Shown here piece by piece: positions 47,116 through 59,386 of a stretch of 64,000 nucleotides of DNA. This stretch comes from Macrostomum hystrix (taxonomy: Eukaryota > Animalia > Platyhelminthes): assembly GCA_950097015.1 (NCBI GenBank), contig CATNEN010000029.1, positions 4,836,001-4,900,000 on the forward strand, written 5' to 3'. The notes below the pieces were generated by a model that searched no databases, was not told the DNA's origin, and saw only the letters and a list, made by a program, of their open reading frames with translations. Each line of letters starts with the position of its first letter. Position 1 is the stretch's first letter. The position numbers were made by a program, and so were the translations under genes.

Positions 47116-48749
47116 TAGCATTACTAAGAAAAGACTATTGCTACATCGTTACGAAAAGTATCGATTGCTTTAACGTCTTGCTCTTGCTTATTTCTACAGT
47201 CGAGCACAAAAAAACGGAAGCACAATTTTGTCTGCTGATACGCTTTCACTGTGGCCTAAACAACCCATACCATTCGCCACTCATACCATCAACCTAATAG
47301 CTAGATTTATTCTGTCCGTTTTTCTCGATGAGCTACAATGAGTCTTTCTTTTCGTCTGCTCAAAAAATCAAACAGACAATATTCATGGACTGGGATGGAA
47401 ACTAGAGCAAGTTCAAAACTCGGTGATATTTGTTTAAAAATAATGGCGTCAGATAGATTTTCGTCGGCGCCGGACGCAATTATCGTCATTTTTGCTTCCT
47501 GAGCCCGAAAATTTTCATCGTAGAGAGATCAGGCAACGATAAAAATAGCTTTTTTGAAATGCTATGACAGCTTGGATTGGTTAGAAGTGGCAGACAAATG
47601 TTGGAAGCTATGGCTTGGTAGATAGGGGAATTTTCCAGTGGGACTTTTTTATACGAAACTCTAGAATTAGATCCCAGTTAAGATGTCGAAGTTCCAATTT
47701 TTACTTCTCTCGCCAGCTATTTAGAAGCTACAAACGTTTTTATAATCTGATACATTTTTCGCATAATTAAGTGCTCATAAACGCGTGTTCACCCACATTT
47801 CCTTAAGCTATCCAATACATAATTAAATGTGTCCCTTAATATTTCGGTGTTAAATTCCGATTCCCAAGCAATGTGGGGAAAATATAAAATAACCCTAATG
47901 TGATTTTTTTCGTGTATTATCAAGCTAAATAAAAAACCCGAGCCACTTAAAGTGACCACAAATAAGGCTGTTTTTGACACCGCCACTGTTTAAGGAATTT
48001 GATAGTTCTCATCAATTAGTTTGAACTACAAAGGGGCAAGATCTAAATTTTGTAGTGCCCAAATTCGAAGTTGTCTTTAAAAGAGCTAGGTCATTGCTAT
48101 ATATAAAATATTGAAAACTACGAGTATTGAATAATTATTCTATTTAGCCTAAAATTTACGGCCAAAATCTGATTGTCTAAGGTTAGTTACGTGCTTAGAA
48201 GAAAAGAATCACGTGCTGAAATTTGGAAACCCGCAGGCCGCAGTCCTCTCTACCAATCAAATTTTGCTAGCTTAATCTAGCGATTTTTTTCCTATGGCAA
48301 CAGGAAAACTTTCTTTCAATGATGAACAGCCAAGAAAGCTTATACGATCGAGGCACCCTCCGGCATAGCCTTATCCAACCCTCTGCCTCTCCAGATGTAC
48401 ATTCGGTTAAAAGCTAATCTCGGTAAAAAATAACTTGACTCTTTCCTTTCAAATGTTTTTACTTTCAGCCTCCTGTGAAGCCCGTGTACAACTTGACCCT
48501 TCTGCACATACGAGTAATTGCACATTACTGATCAGCACAACAAAACAGTGAGTGCATTTCATCTAATCCGATATTTTGCTTCAACAGAACACTTTAGTAT
48601 TATTTAATTTTATTAACAGAAATGCGTAGCTAGACGAGTCTTCGGTATATTATGCTCTTTAATAATCTGCATCTTGTTATTTAGTTGTAAATCGACATGA
48701 TGCAAAAATAATTCTTCTTTTCCAGCCACAGAAATCTAGCCCATAATTT

Positions 48750-49372
48750 TTTCAATATACCATTAATGCCCATGCTTTAAGGGCGTTAGTGGAAAATCAG
48801 AGGGCGCCATTAGGCGCCCGAGGATTTTTCATTGACTCCCGCAAAGCTGGGGTATCAATTTTATTGTACCATAGACGTTTTTGCCCAAGCCATACTTTCA
48901 GAGTCAGAGACGGGGGTGTGGGGGCAGAGCCCCACTTCGGGGTGCCATAGACATTTTAGCCTCAGTAAGTCATTCCTATTGGTCGATGCCTTTTTGCGGG
49001 CGGTTAATGGCTATTAACTGCCCGCAAGAAAATTAACGAGCATTGATTCATCTATGGCCATTATCGGGCAAGACTTTCTGCCCGCCGGGCAAAAAGGTCA
49101 TGGTACAATAGTATATTATTACCCAGGCTTTCAGGGCGATAATGGGAAAGCCAGAGGGCGCCGAAGGCGCCCGAGGGATTTCTCATTATCGCCCGCAAAG
49201 CCTGGGTAATACTGTGATTGTACCATAGACTATGTGGCTTATAGTATGTGGCTATACGTTAAAATACACAAAAATAATCCATTATCGGCCCAACTTTTCG
49301 GGCCAAAATGACATCGTCTATGGCAATAATCGAATATCAGCCCGCCCGATAGCCACGTAGTCATGGTACAAT
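48750..49372. repeat. Tandem dimer of an unclassified palindromic (cruciform-forming) element
   Basis: A 127-bp imperfect palindrome at 49100-49226 is bounded by ATGGTACAAT/ATTGTACCAT and centred on GGGCGCC-GAA-GGCGCCC. A diverged copy lies at ~48750-48872. Confidence 0.8.
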
Positions 49373-49845
49373 GCTTTTAGCCAGGTATTGACAAGCGTTT
49401 CGCTGCCCATAAACTGCATTTTGAGATGCGTCTTTCGCTTGTTATCCGCATGTTATAGTCCCTTCAAACCATAGACTACTTATTTGTCTACTATCGAAAT
49501 TATGGAAACACTAGTCAATGGACTCATGCTTGCATGCCGACTGCAGAAGAATACACCGATAACAAGCATGCCGAAGTTCGTTAAAAAGGTCTAAAAATGC
49601 GTTACAAATATACTTTAGATTTTTATGTATCGAGTCTGGTAACGAAACAAATATATCGCAACAAATCGCAGCAAATGTATAAGTCTCAACGCAAAATATT
49701 TGCAACGACCAACTAGGGCTACCTCAATCTTAAATGCTCAAGCAGCGCTCGAAATTTTGCCTTCTGCATATACCATTAAATTTACAATTAAATGATAAAC
49801 CAACAGTTTGTAAAACACTCGTGCACAATTCCAGATGCAATGCAG

Positions 49846-50284
49846 TCCGAGCCGAGCTCTCATTCAATATTTCCTCATCACCCGGCCTCACATCCATGGC
49901 CTCGCAAGCAAATGAAGCAGCGCAGGATCCGCTGGACCTCTGGCGACTCCGTTCCAGCTTCGAAGACGAACCCGACGACGATGACGACGATGAACTAAAT
50001 GACGCATTGGATCAGATCGATCTCGACGGTGACGAGTGGCGTCCGCAGCCTCAGCGAGGTCAGCTACGCCTTCTGCAGCGAGACTCCGGCTACCGCAGCG
50101 TTGAACGTCGCTGCCGTCACTCGGAGATCAATGACGGCGAAGTCTTTGACGATGGAAACGACGAGGGCGATGATCACGATGAAGATGACAGCGATTTTAG
50201 AACAGAGGAAAGATTTGCACGAGGCACACCTAGCGAGAACTTCTATAGCTGCCGCGAGAATCCTCTGGTCGCCAGGTTCCTCAG
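49846..50284 (+). CDS. CBARP: CBARP-like gene, predicted exon 4
   Basis: DLWRLRSSFE and LLQRDSGYRSVE resemble the recalled CBARP motifs DLWSLRASLE and LLQMDSGYASIE. Acceptor and donor were chosen by phase (atgcAG|, AG|GTTTGT), so the boundaries are less certain. Confidence 0.7.
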
Positions 50285-51282
50285 GTTTGTTGAAATGTGA
50301 CGACCCGAGTCTGCTCAAATGCCCATTAGAGTCCGAGTCCTGCTGTAGGGATAATCCAGTCAGACTAAGTCATGTGGATAAAAGCTCTAACTATTTTGCT
50401 TTATATAAAGTTCTAAATCTGGACGGTTCCTTTTAGTTAAAAAGATTCGAAATCACTTGCGTGACGGCCAGTTTTTTACTTATTTTATTACGACGTACTT
50501 ACAACTGTCTCTGTGTAGTCTCAGTTGGGTTGCTGATGTCCAAAATGGCAGACAAAAGCTGTCCCAACTTATGGAAAACAACAATTTTTTTCATTTTTTA
50601 TGTTTTATGTGCTTAAAAAGTGCTGTTTTTGGTGAATATTTTATGTCAAAAGAAATATGATTTTTAATTATGGTTTATTATCCGATTTCATTAAACATTA
50701 GACGTGACTAGAATAAAATTTAGTTATTTGATTTTAATAGTATTAGTAAAGCAGAAATAGAAGAAAAAAATTATTATATTTATCTGTCATTGAACAATTT
50801 ATTTTACTCTTTCTACTGCAGCTCTAGTCTTGCAATCTCTGTTAACTTTTCTATGTACTTTTCTAGCTTTCCTGTTACAGCTGCATTTTCTTGTACCATT
50901 AAAAAGGCTTTTGTCTTCAACTGTGAGACTTCAAAAGTTCTTAACTATGGATGAAATATCTCCAACGAAATTTTCCCTGACCACCAAATAGGAGTCCAGT
51001 TTTTTTCACATTTTTCTCCTTTTTAGTTTAAATATTGTCTATCAAGGAATCAAGTTTAGCTTCATTGCTCAGCTTTATAGCTAAAAAATTATGTTTAAAA
51101 CGCGTGACTTAAAATCAGAGATTTATCTCTGAACCACTCGAATGATAGTCAAGCTCAACTTATCGATATAAAGGCATGATTAGCCTGATCTAAGAATATT
51201 GCAGACTCCAAGACCCAAGCCCATACATTTCTATGACAAGTATAGCTAATCTTAATTCTCGCGACCATCTACGCCCACGCAG

Positions 51283-51577
51283 GTCCCAAGTGTCCGCCTC
51301 CGCCGCCACCCTGGCCAGTGGCTCATCCACTGAGGCCCGTCGTCGCCGCCTCCGACGAGACTACAGCATCGACGAGCGCAGCAGCGCCCTCTTTAACCAG
51401 TTCTTGCGGCCGCCAGCCGCTTCCTCCGGGGTGCTGCGCCGGCACGAGAGCGAGAGGGGCCTTCGGCGGCAGCAGCTGCTGCAGCAGCAAAAGCAGCAGC
51501 ATATTCCTCTGATCAGGCGAGCAGCCACAGACAGCATCAACGAAGAGGAAACACCTGGCCTGTCGGCCAAAAGATGA
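51283..51577 (+). CDS. CBARP: CBARP-like gene, last coding exon
   Basis: cacgcAG| ...RRDYSIDERSSALFNQFLR resembles the recalled CBARP motif RRDYSIDEKTDALFHEFLR. TAA at 51575-51577. The five exons sum to 1245 nt (414 aa plus stop). Confidence 0.75.
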
Positions 51578-53841
51578 TAAACCTCCGGTCTTCTTGCGTC
51601 GTCGTTCGTAAGAAACTTGACTAAGTAGTTCGTCTGAGTAGGTTTTATATGCTGGCGAGCTCAATGATTTATTTTGAAACAGTGGGCTAAGAAGGAAATC
51701 ATAGTGAATGTAAGACTTAGAGCTTAGTTTGAGTTGCGATAGTCTTGCCACCATCCCATCCTCCATTTAGTAATCAGATTTTTTCATGCCGTCATTGCAG
51801 ACGAAATTAATCTTAAGTGAGTGAATCCATGTATATGCATACTACGAGCAATGCAATCTGCATGTACTTTTATGTTTTCTCTTCGCCTGCTACCCGCTCA
51901 TACAGGGCGTATATTGTATTACGTATATTGAAAGCACATTTGTTCTGCGAGCGCATTCAGTGTTTGCTTTTGCTTTTTACGTTTCTAGAGTGAAAGATGC
52001 TCTTTATTTGTTAAAATTTAAAATTTGAATCCGCACTTTCGACAGAGATATAATAAAGAGGCTAAGACATGTAAAAAACACTTGTTTTATCCTATTTAAC
52101 CTAAGCATTGATGTAAATTGCTATATGGAGTTTTTCTTGGCCAAAAACTAATTTTTGACAATATAAATACTCACCATAGTCTAAATTTCTAACCGAATTG
52201 ATCCATTACGAGTCCTGTGATGTAGCCGCGACCTTTAACAACGGGACTCAAACCATTTTTCACGTCTAGCGTCTTCCTTCTAATTTTTTCGTCCTTGATT
52301 CGGCGCTCGAAATAGAAATAGAAAACACACCGGCGTCGCACTGGAAGCAGCTGGTTTCTGATGGGATATTTATAGAGTGCTCAAAACTGAATTGCCTTGG
52401 TGTGTTCAGCCCAATGAGAACTGCGTAGGAGTGAAAAGCATGATAAATAGGGGAGCAGGCCGAATTGAGAATGCAGAGGGGAACTCAGAATGCTAGATTT
52501 GGCTAATAGCTGGCAGCAGAAGCCGATTATGAGCAACAGACGGCATCAAACCAGACGAACGTACTGACGCCACGTCGCTCATGCCATCCCTTGCCACGTG
52601 TTTCATGAAATGAGCTGGAGAGGATGAGAAGAGAGGACGAGAGTGGGAGCTCAGGAAAAAAGTCGCATTTTTCCACTGGTAGAATCAAACGAACATCGGC
52701 TGTCATAATTCATGGCGGCGGGGCGCTCGACCCGGAGGGCAGACCCGGATCAAGAGATGAGGCAGAAAATCAACCTCGCTGTACCAATGAAGTGTGGGGC
52801 GAACTGTGCCCGGATCAGTCGCAATGCACGCAGAGTTGCTTCTCATGCGAGCTCCTTATAAGTGGACACGACGCAAATTTTAGTTTTTAGTTCGGAAAAT
52901 AATCGTTTCTTCGCTAAAACAGCTGTACTTTTTCGCAAGTCCTTAATCGAAGTCGCCTTGTTTGTCAGTTGATTTACTGTAAACAATTTTCAACATCACA
53001 AAATGTCGCGCTTGGAGCGCGTGTGATTGCTAAGAGCGAGCAATCTGGAAAATTCAATTTTCTAAAATCAGGAAATTCAAATCCACTCTGCCTTTATTGA
53101 CGGACTGTTATCACGCCTATCAGTCGTGCATTTTGACCGTCCCACGACTCAGCAGGTACAAGTTCAGTCCTATATAAGCGAGCTCTGATGCCTTATTGGG
53201 CAGCGGATTAAGGAAGCTGGCTTGGACGGGACGTAAGAATGATAAGGCGTCACCCGGCGCGTCGCTGAGCTAATACTCGAGAGCGTCACGAGAGGCATGC
53301 ATATATGGCATAAAGTGCAAGACGATTCCTTCGCCCACTATAATTATAAACTCGATGCTGCCCCTCTAGGCGCTGCTACTAACCTGAATCTGTCTGCGCG
53401 TCAATTTAAGTGCACATCACCTGCTGTGCTGCTAATTAGAACATGTATAGATAAAAAACTTTATGCAACACGCAGAAAAAAGGGAACAAGCTTGCATTTT
53501 TGCAAAAGGAAAATCACCCGCCACTGCCCTTTGAGGATTCAAGGAAGCGAATTATATTTTTTATTCGAAATTTAACTTTTTATCAAAACGGCAGTCACGT
53601 GTACTTGTCACCACAAAAAATTTAGCAACAAATTGTGCAACTAGACTTTGAAAACGTAAAATCTGTACGCTCCATCGCACGCTCCAAGTTCAAATTGGAA
53701 TAATGTTGTCATTTCTGGCAGGGTAAGTAAAATCTGCCTCCAATATGTTTTGGTATGTAAGTCCTTCAGCGGGGAACTCATCACCAGGACAGCAAGCTGA
53801 CCTGAAGTTCATTAATTAAAATAAAACTGACCGCTCCGAGT

Positions 53842-54672
53842 TTAGCAGCAGAACTTCTTCCTACATTTCCCCGTACGAGTAGCTGAAGAATCGGCACCGT
53901 CGTTCGCAGTATCTTGGTCCAGCGCTAGACCCTTGGCACCAGGCTGACGAGCGTCGAACTTCTTCCTAGATTCCACCGCTGTACTAGTAGCTGATGAATC
54001 GGTACCACTTTGGTCGTTCGCACTATCTTGGTCCAGCGCTAGACCCTTGGCATCAGGCTTAGGAGAGCGGGACTTATCGTTTTTCTTCGTTTGCGAAACT
54101 TTTTCTTCTTTAGTCGCTGCTCGCTGTTGTTTATTTCTTAGCCTCTCGGAATTGTCTTCATTTTTCCTTTCTTTTGCGGTTTTAGTGTCTTTGTTTGCTT
54201 CAAATTTCTTGAGTCTTTCAAACCATCTAGGATCGCATTGTGTATAGATTGCGACAATGTTCTCCAATCTTTCTTTTAAAGATGATGATTCAGGGTAGTC
54301 TTTAGAATGTTTCTTTTTTGTTTTTTTATTTTTTACTGCTATCTTCTGCAAGATATTTGCGAAATCCTTCTCATCCATCATTAGCATGTAAGACAACTCC
54401 GAAAAGTCAGCAGGCTTTGCTGTCTTTGACTTGAATCTCCTTCTTGGCTTCATTTTGCCACCGCGTTCATGTGCATGTAATTGCCTCCGTCTTTGATTAT
54501 GGTTATCCGCAAAAAACTGCTGCTCCTCAGCCCTTATGTAATCGTTCAACAGTTCCGAAAACTCACAGGGCGTTGGTGTGCACCTCTGTCGGGGTCTGAC
54601 TCTCTGGCACCGATGATTCCTCGTTTCCTGTGGCAGCACCTGACTCAGCTCTTTATCAGCGCCCTGCTCCAT
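53842..54672 (-). CDS. Lys-rich ORF of unknown function (276 aa), possibly the intact part of a longer pseudogene
   Basis: Long open frame with charged, helical composition and an internal duplication (AKGLALDQD.AND x2). The same frame continues to 55023 through four stops. Confidence 0.45.
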   Translation of the reverse strand: MEQGADKELSQVLPQETRNHRCQRVRPRQRCTPTPCEFSELLNDYIRAEEQQFFADNHNQRRRQLHAHERGGKMKPRRRFKSKTAKPADFSELSYMLMMDEKDFANILQKIAVKNKKTKKKHSKDYPESSSLKERLENIVAIYTQCDPRWFERLKKFEANKDTKTAKERKNEDNSERLRNKQQRAATKEEKVSQTKKNDKSRSPKPDAKGLALDQDSANDQSGTDSSATSTAVESRKKFDARQPGAKGLALDQDTANDGADSSATRTGKCRKKFCC

Positions 54673-55346
54673 TGCGCATAGCTAAGATTATAAAGCACTG
54701 TACTCTACTATTGGTTTGTTTCGCTTCTGGATATCTCCACAAGTAACAATGAACTTACTAAGAGGCTTCTAATTCTCATAGATACAGTTTCTCATTTGTT
54801 TGAACACGTCGCTCGACACATCAATCGCTTAGAAATTTGGCGAACGAGTCACTTGTCCTACCAAATCAACACCAAGAATATTATCGTTGACGACCTTTGA
54901 ATTCTCGATGTCAGGCTTGGGCTGTAGAAATCGTTGTTGCTCGATTGCATTAAAGATTTCCATTATGAGCAGGCTGTCTGGGTTGAAACGCGATTGAAAT
55001 GCTACACATTTGTCCGCCGTCACTGTCTATGGTCAAAGCATTTTTTACTTATATTCTTATCTCTTACGATATTTCCGGATATTTCACTGCCAAACATAAC
55101 ACAATTCAGCAAAAACGACAGGAATGAAACACGATATAAATGAAAGAATTCAGTAAATAGCGCTTGGAAACACAACGAGATTTTTGGTTGCAGAGTTCAT
55201 TAATAGTTACCTCAAATGCAAGGTCGCAGTTATAAACTGCAATCCACGACACATCTGTCTGTTAGCGTGATGAAATGTTGAATGTGCAATTGTCAAATTT
55301 TAAGTTCTCAAAAACGCTCGCCAAAAACGTACGCCCTGGTTAGCTA

Positions 55347-55920
55347 CTAGTGACCCAGGCATGCCCAAAGCAGTCGTATTTTGCTGCTGTACGATGCATC
55401 CAGCAGTCGAACTTGTTCCCGCGTTGCTGGCACCCGGACCAACCGACGCCAGGGTTCGTTCCGCAGTGCCAGAGAGTCGCTCGGGATTGGTTGACTTTTT
55501 TTGGAGAACTTCAATCTCTTATTGTAATGTTCCACACTCTCTGCGCGTTTGTGACCGGTCACGGTTTGAATTTCGGAAACACTCCTCCATCCTCCATCAG
55601 ATTGGTTTCAACGGAAGCGCGAATGCAATGATTTGTGTGCGCACGATTGCTCAGTCCCGCCAGCTCACACAATTTATTCATGAACTCATTAAGCCAGTGT
55701 TTGCCGAGTACAAGGCTCTTGTGGTACCAGAGAAAACCTGCCAGAGAAAACCTTCGTTCCATGTAGAACCCGAGCTCTTGGTAATGCCCGGCCTGGACCC
55801 AGACTTTTCGAGGCCAGAGATCGCCTATGATGATCCAGCTGCGTTTTTTCAAGCAGTTTCTGACTGTTGGCCTGCAACAACTCTGCGATTGGACCAATGC
55901 GCGGGCGTGGCGCAAATTCG
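55347..55920 (-). pseudogene. Crypton-type (DUF3504-like) tyrosine recombinase, C-terminal half, with one frameshift
   Basis: WY....LGKH.LNEFMNKLCELAGLS..HTNHCIRAS gives the HxxR motif (55630-55619). After a 1-nt shift near 55570 it reads VTGHKRAESVEHY, with the catalytic His and Tyr (Tyr at 55526-55524). Confidence 0.8.
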
Positions 55921-55925
55921 ATGAG

Positions 55926-56142
55926 CTGCGGGAAAAGATCCTGCGGGAAAAGCTCGCTGCGGGGAAAGATCCTGCGGGAAGAACTCGGCGGGGAAAAGCC
56001 TGCGGGAAAAACTCGCTGCCGGGATAATCTCGTCGGGTGGAAAGTTCATGCGGGAAAACATCGCTGCGGGAAAGATCCTGCGGGAAGAACTCGGCGGGAA
56101 TGCTCGGCGGGAAAACCATCTGCGGGAAAGTCTCGTGCTCCC
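55926..56142. mobile_element. Solo right arm of a third foldback element
   Basis: Variants of ~15-bp units TGCGGGAAAAGATCC end in AAGTCTCGTGCTCCC, identical to the last 15 bp of element 1 (17768-17782). Confidence 0.8.
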
Positions 56143-56450
56143 GCTGCAAGCGTCCATGCAGAACCTGCATCAAAGGTTCTCTACTTGGAAAGAAGTGACA
56201 ATGGACGCGATAAATAAGTTTGTCTCTATGTCGCTATACATGGGAATAGTTAAAAAGCCAGAGATAGCCAGCTATTGAAGCAATTATGATTTCTTCGCGA
56301 CACCATTTTTCAGCAACTCGCTTGCCTAACAAGAGACAGGTACCAAAAGATCAGTAGCCTACTGCGATTTAAAGAACACCGATCTTGCGGTGGTACACTT
56401 GAGCTTTTAATGTTTTCGGAAACCATCATCAAGAACTTTATCGACTCCAT
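56143..56450 (+). pseudogene. piggyBac transposase relic
   Basis: WKEVTMDAINKFVSMSLYMGIVKKPEIASY*SNYDFFATPFFS followed by RDRYQKISSLLRF matches the PGBD pattern W..vt..e...f.gl.l.MG....p....YW.......p.f...m.r.Rf..i...l.F. Confidence 0.7.
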
Positions 56451-59386
56451 TGGACCAGGTCGTATTCGAGCTGCTCGGGCACAGCAGCAGCCTGCAGCGG
56501 CTCACTAACAGCACTCGCTGAAGCGCACTTTCCATCTACCATAAACGATATTGTTTTTATCATAATAATATACTTGTACATTAAAACATGTGAAGCTTGC
56601 ATATGCGTTCAGACATTCACAACAGAAAGAAGAGAATTACTTACCAGGAACTTATTTTAGGTCATTTGGATCTGGGATCAGCAAAAGTTAATCGTGAGAG
56701 ATGGAATCAGACTGTCAGAGTTGCTTGTATTTTTACCGAAAAATCGAAACAAAAAAGTTTATTTTAAACCGTTTAGGTAACAGACTTTCTTTACTATTTT
56801 TGTGATTCAAGCTACGAGCTATGTTTAGAATAAAAGAAAAACTTTGAGGACATTATTCATTATAATTTAATTTAAGGGGCCCAGTGCATTGTCTTCCGGC
56901 GCACAGTTGTGGAGCGGCTCTCCAGCTTGGCCCGATGGTTCTCGTGGGTCTCGCTGGGTACATCCGCCTTGAACTTCGCACCTTTGCGCAGGCCACTCTG
57001 CCACTGGGGCTGGGGGGATCGGGATCTGTGCACCCTCTGACATCGCAACTGCATCGCTGCAGCCTTTCACCTCACCACGCCAGTCGCTTATTAGCTTTGC
57101 CATGGCGTGCCTGACACTCACTTAACTCGCCCGCTTACTTACTTTCTACTGGCGGAGGGGCGAAACGCTGCGAATAGGCCGCGAGGCCCCTATCGCAACC
57201 CCAGTATAGAAGAGAAGCTTACAGTGGTCCGCTTACAATAAACAAAGCGCTGGAAGCTGTGAGCCCCTGCTACTCCAATTGAGCCACTTAGGTGTGCGTG
57301 CTAACTGCCATGGCCAGCCTCGGGATCTATATAGCTAGGATACGGGCACGCTGAACTCCCAGCTCCGCCCCTCAGTCAGCTGTCCTTTACCGCGGGCTTC
57401 TCATTGGGATCTGCGACGGCATGCGCCTGATGGATATCGAACGATCCATGCATCACCGTCGGCCTGCAGCGGGCTGAAAACTTCTGCCTTATAACCAACA
57501 GTCTTGTCTTTAATCGACTGTGGTCCTTGCAAGGACAACGGTAGTATAACAACTGCAGTTATACTATATAGTGGTCCTTGAGTACTTGTCTGCTGAAATT
57601 AAAATTTGCGAGTTTCACCAGCTAATCGATGCCCCAGGAGACCCCGCCATCACATGCAAATGTGATTTCGAGCGCTTTCGGTTTTCTGACGGGCACCACG
57701 TGCGGCACAAGTAGAACAGCTGTCATGGTCTCATGGAGCAAGCCGCATTCAGTTTTGAATCGTGTTTTTGTCTCCTCGTAAGGTCTCGCGATTTGAATTT
57801 TTGAGTGTTTTTACTTTTTTGTCAATACAAAGGCATTTTCTATCATATAATTCCCTCGTTTAAAGCTATGATATCAGGTGTTATACAAAGAGAGAAAAGA
57901 AAAAAAATTATTTATATCGTTTTTTCGTCTTACTACGCTATCTAACCTCCTGACTGCTTTAGTATGATTGGTTTCTTTTGTTTTAAGTAGAACACTTTTG
58001 AGTAAAGTTTTAAATGAGTTAAATGTAGTATAACTGGGTTTGAAGGCCGCGAATTTAAACAGTTTTACTACAGCAATTTAACGTCTTCAGTTTACTCGCC
58101 GCGCAGCGCCTTACACTTACAATCGATTGCAGCGCGCTTTTCAAACTGGTGCGATTATATTTTAATTAGACAACGATTAAAATAATTTATAATTAATATT
58201 TGCATTATTTTCAAGGGTCATAAAAGTAGAAATTAATAACATAATAATGTTATTTGCAATCGCTATAGTTACTGTATAGCAACAATTAAATATTTAGCGC
58301 AATTTTAAAAGAACATTTCCAGCCGTACTACACAACACTCCTCTACGACAAGGCAATGTCCTCATTGCAAACAGGCGCGGACAACGATAGGCACGAGAGC
58401 ACAAAATAACTGGGCGGCATTCAACGCAAAATCCGGCAATCAGAACGAAATACGCATAACCCTTGCTGGGCTCAACCACACTACTAGCAGTAGGCAGGGT
58501 CGTAAAAGGCCAGACATCCACGCATGAGAATGCGCTAACTAGAGCATACAATACAGGAAAGTATCAGATATGAGAAAATATCAAAGCGATTAAAACAACA
58601 GCATTAAACACCTTGCTCAAGAGCAGGGGATAATACGCACGACACGCTGAACGGCGGACGCGAACAAATACGATAAGAGTTTTGGCTAACAAAGGGTTGA
58701 CCGGCAAGAGGTGGACTGGTGCGGCAGGGAAAAATTCGCACTGCTTGACTCGCACACGCTCGCGACACAGATACAAGTAAGTGCTCAAGATGGCTTAACA
58801 ACGGGAACACAGTGATTTCCGCAGGCCACAGAGGGCATTTGACACAAAGGAAACAAAACCGCGAGATCAAAACAATTTGACGGCGAACATAATGCAACGG
58901 GAACAGTTAAAATAGAAAAATATACCCAACCACAAAATGCAATTTTACATAAGGGCATCACAACAGGGTGTTACAGTACACACCCAGACTGAGTTTCCAG
59001 GATGCGAGAGATTAATAACGGCACAGCGTACATGTACATTAATATTGAAATATTGAAATTAGATATTGAGTATTAAGGATAAAGCTTTCCTAACAGGGAA
59101 TTAACAACTGCTCGGATCGGAAACAATCCGCGGCAGTCAGGTTGTAAAATATTTGTAAAAGTTAAAAAAATTGTAAGACACTGGTCAATGTAAAAAAATT
59201 GCAAATGCAAAACAATTGCTAAAATTCAACATCACTCAAGTGAACGCCCGACGACCAGGCCACTCGCCTGCAACACGCACCCAATCAGAACGCTGCTCAA
59301 CAAAGAAAAACAATACAGCGATGATAGTAGCAGCCCAGACGACAAAGACTGTCCGAAGAGAAAAAAAAGGTTGCTCCAGCCTGCGC

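Noticed and set aside
57110-57170. Twister-like TAAC...GGAGGG
   Set aside because: The internal pseudoknot segment and P2 pairing are absent.
56867-57480. GC-rich block with a short minus-strand ORF and a TATA-like motif
   Set aside because: It could be an LTR or a promoter, but no partner repeat, terminal motif or protein similarity was seen.
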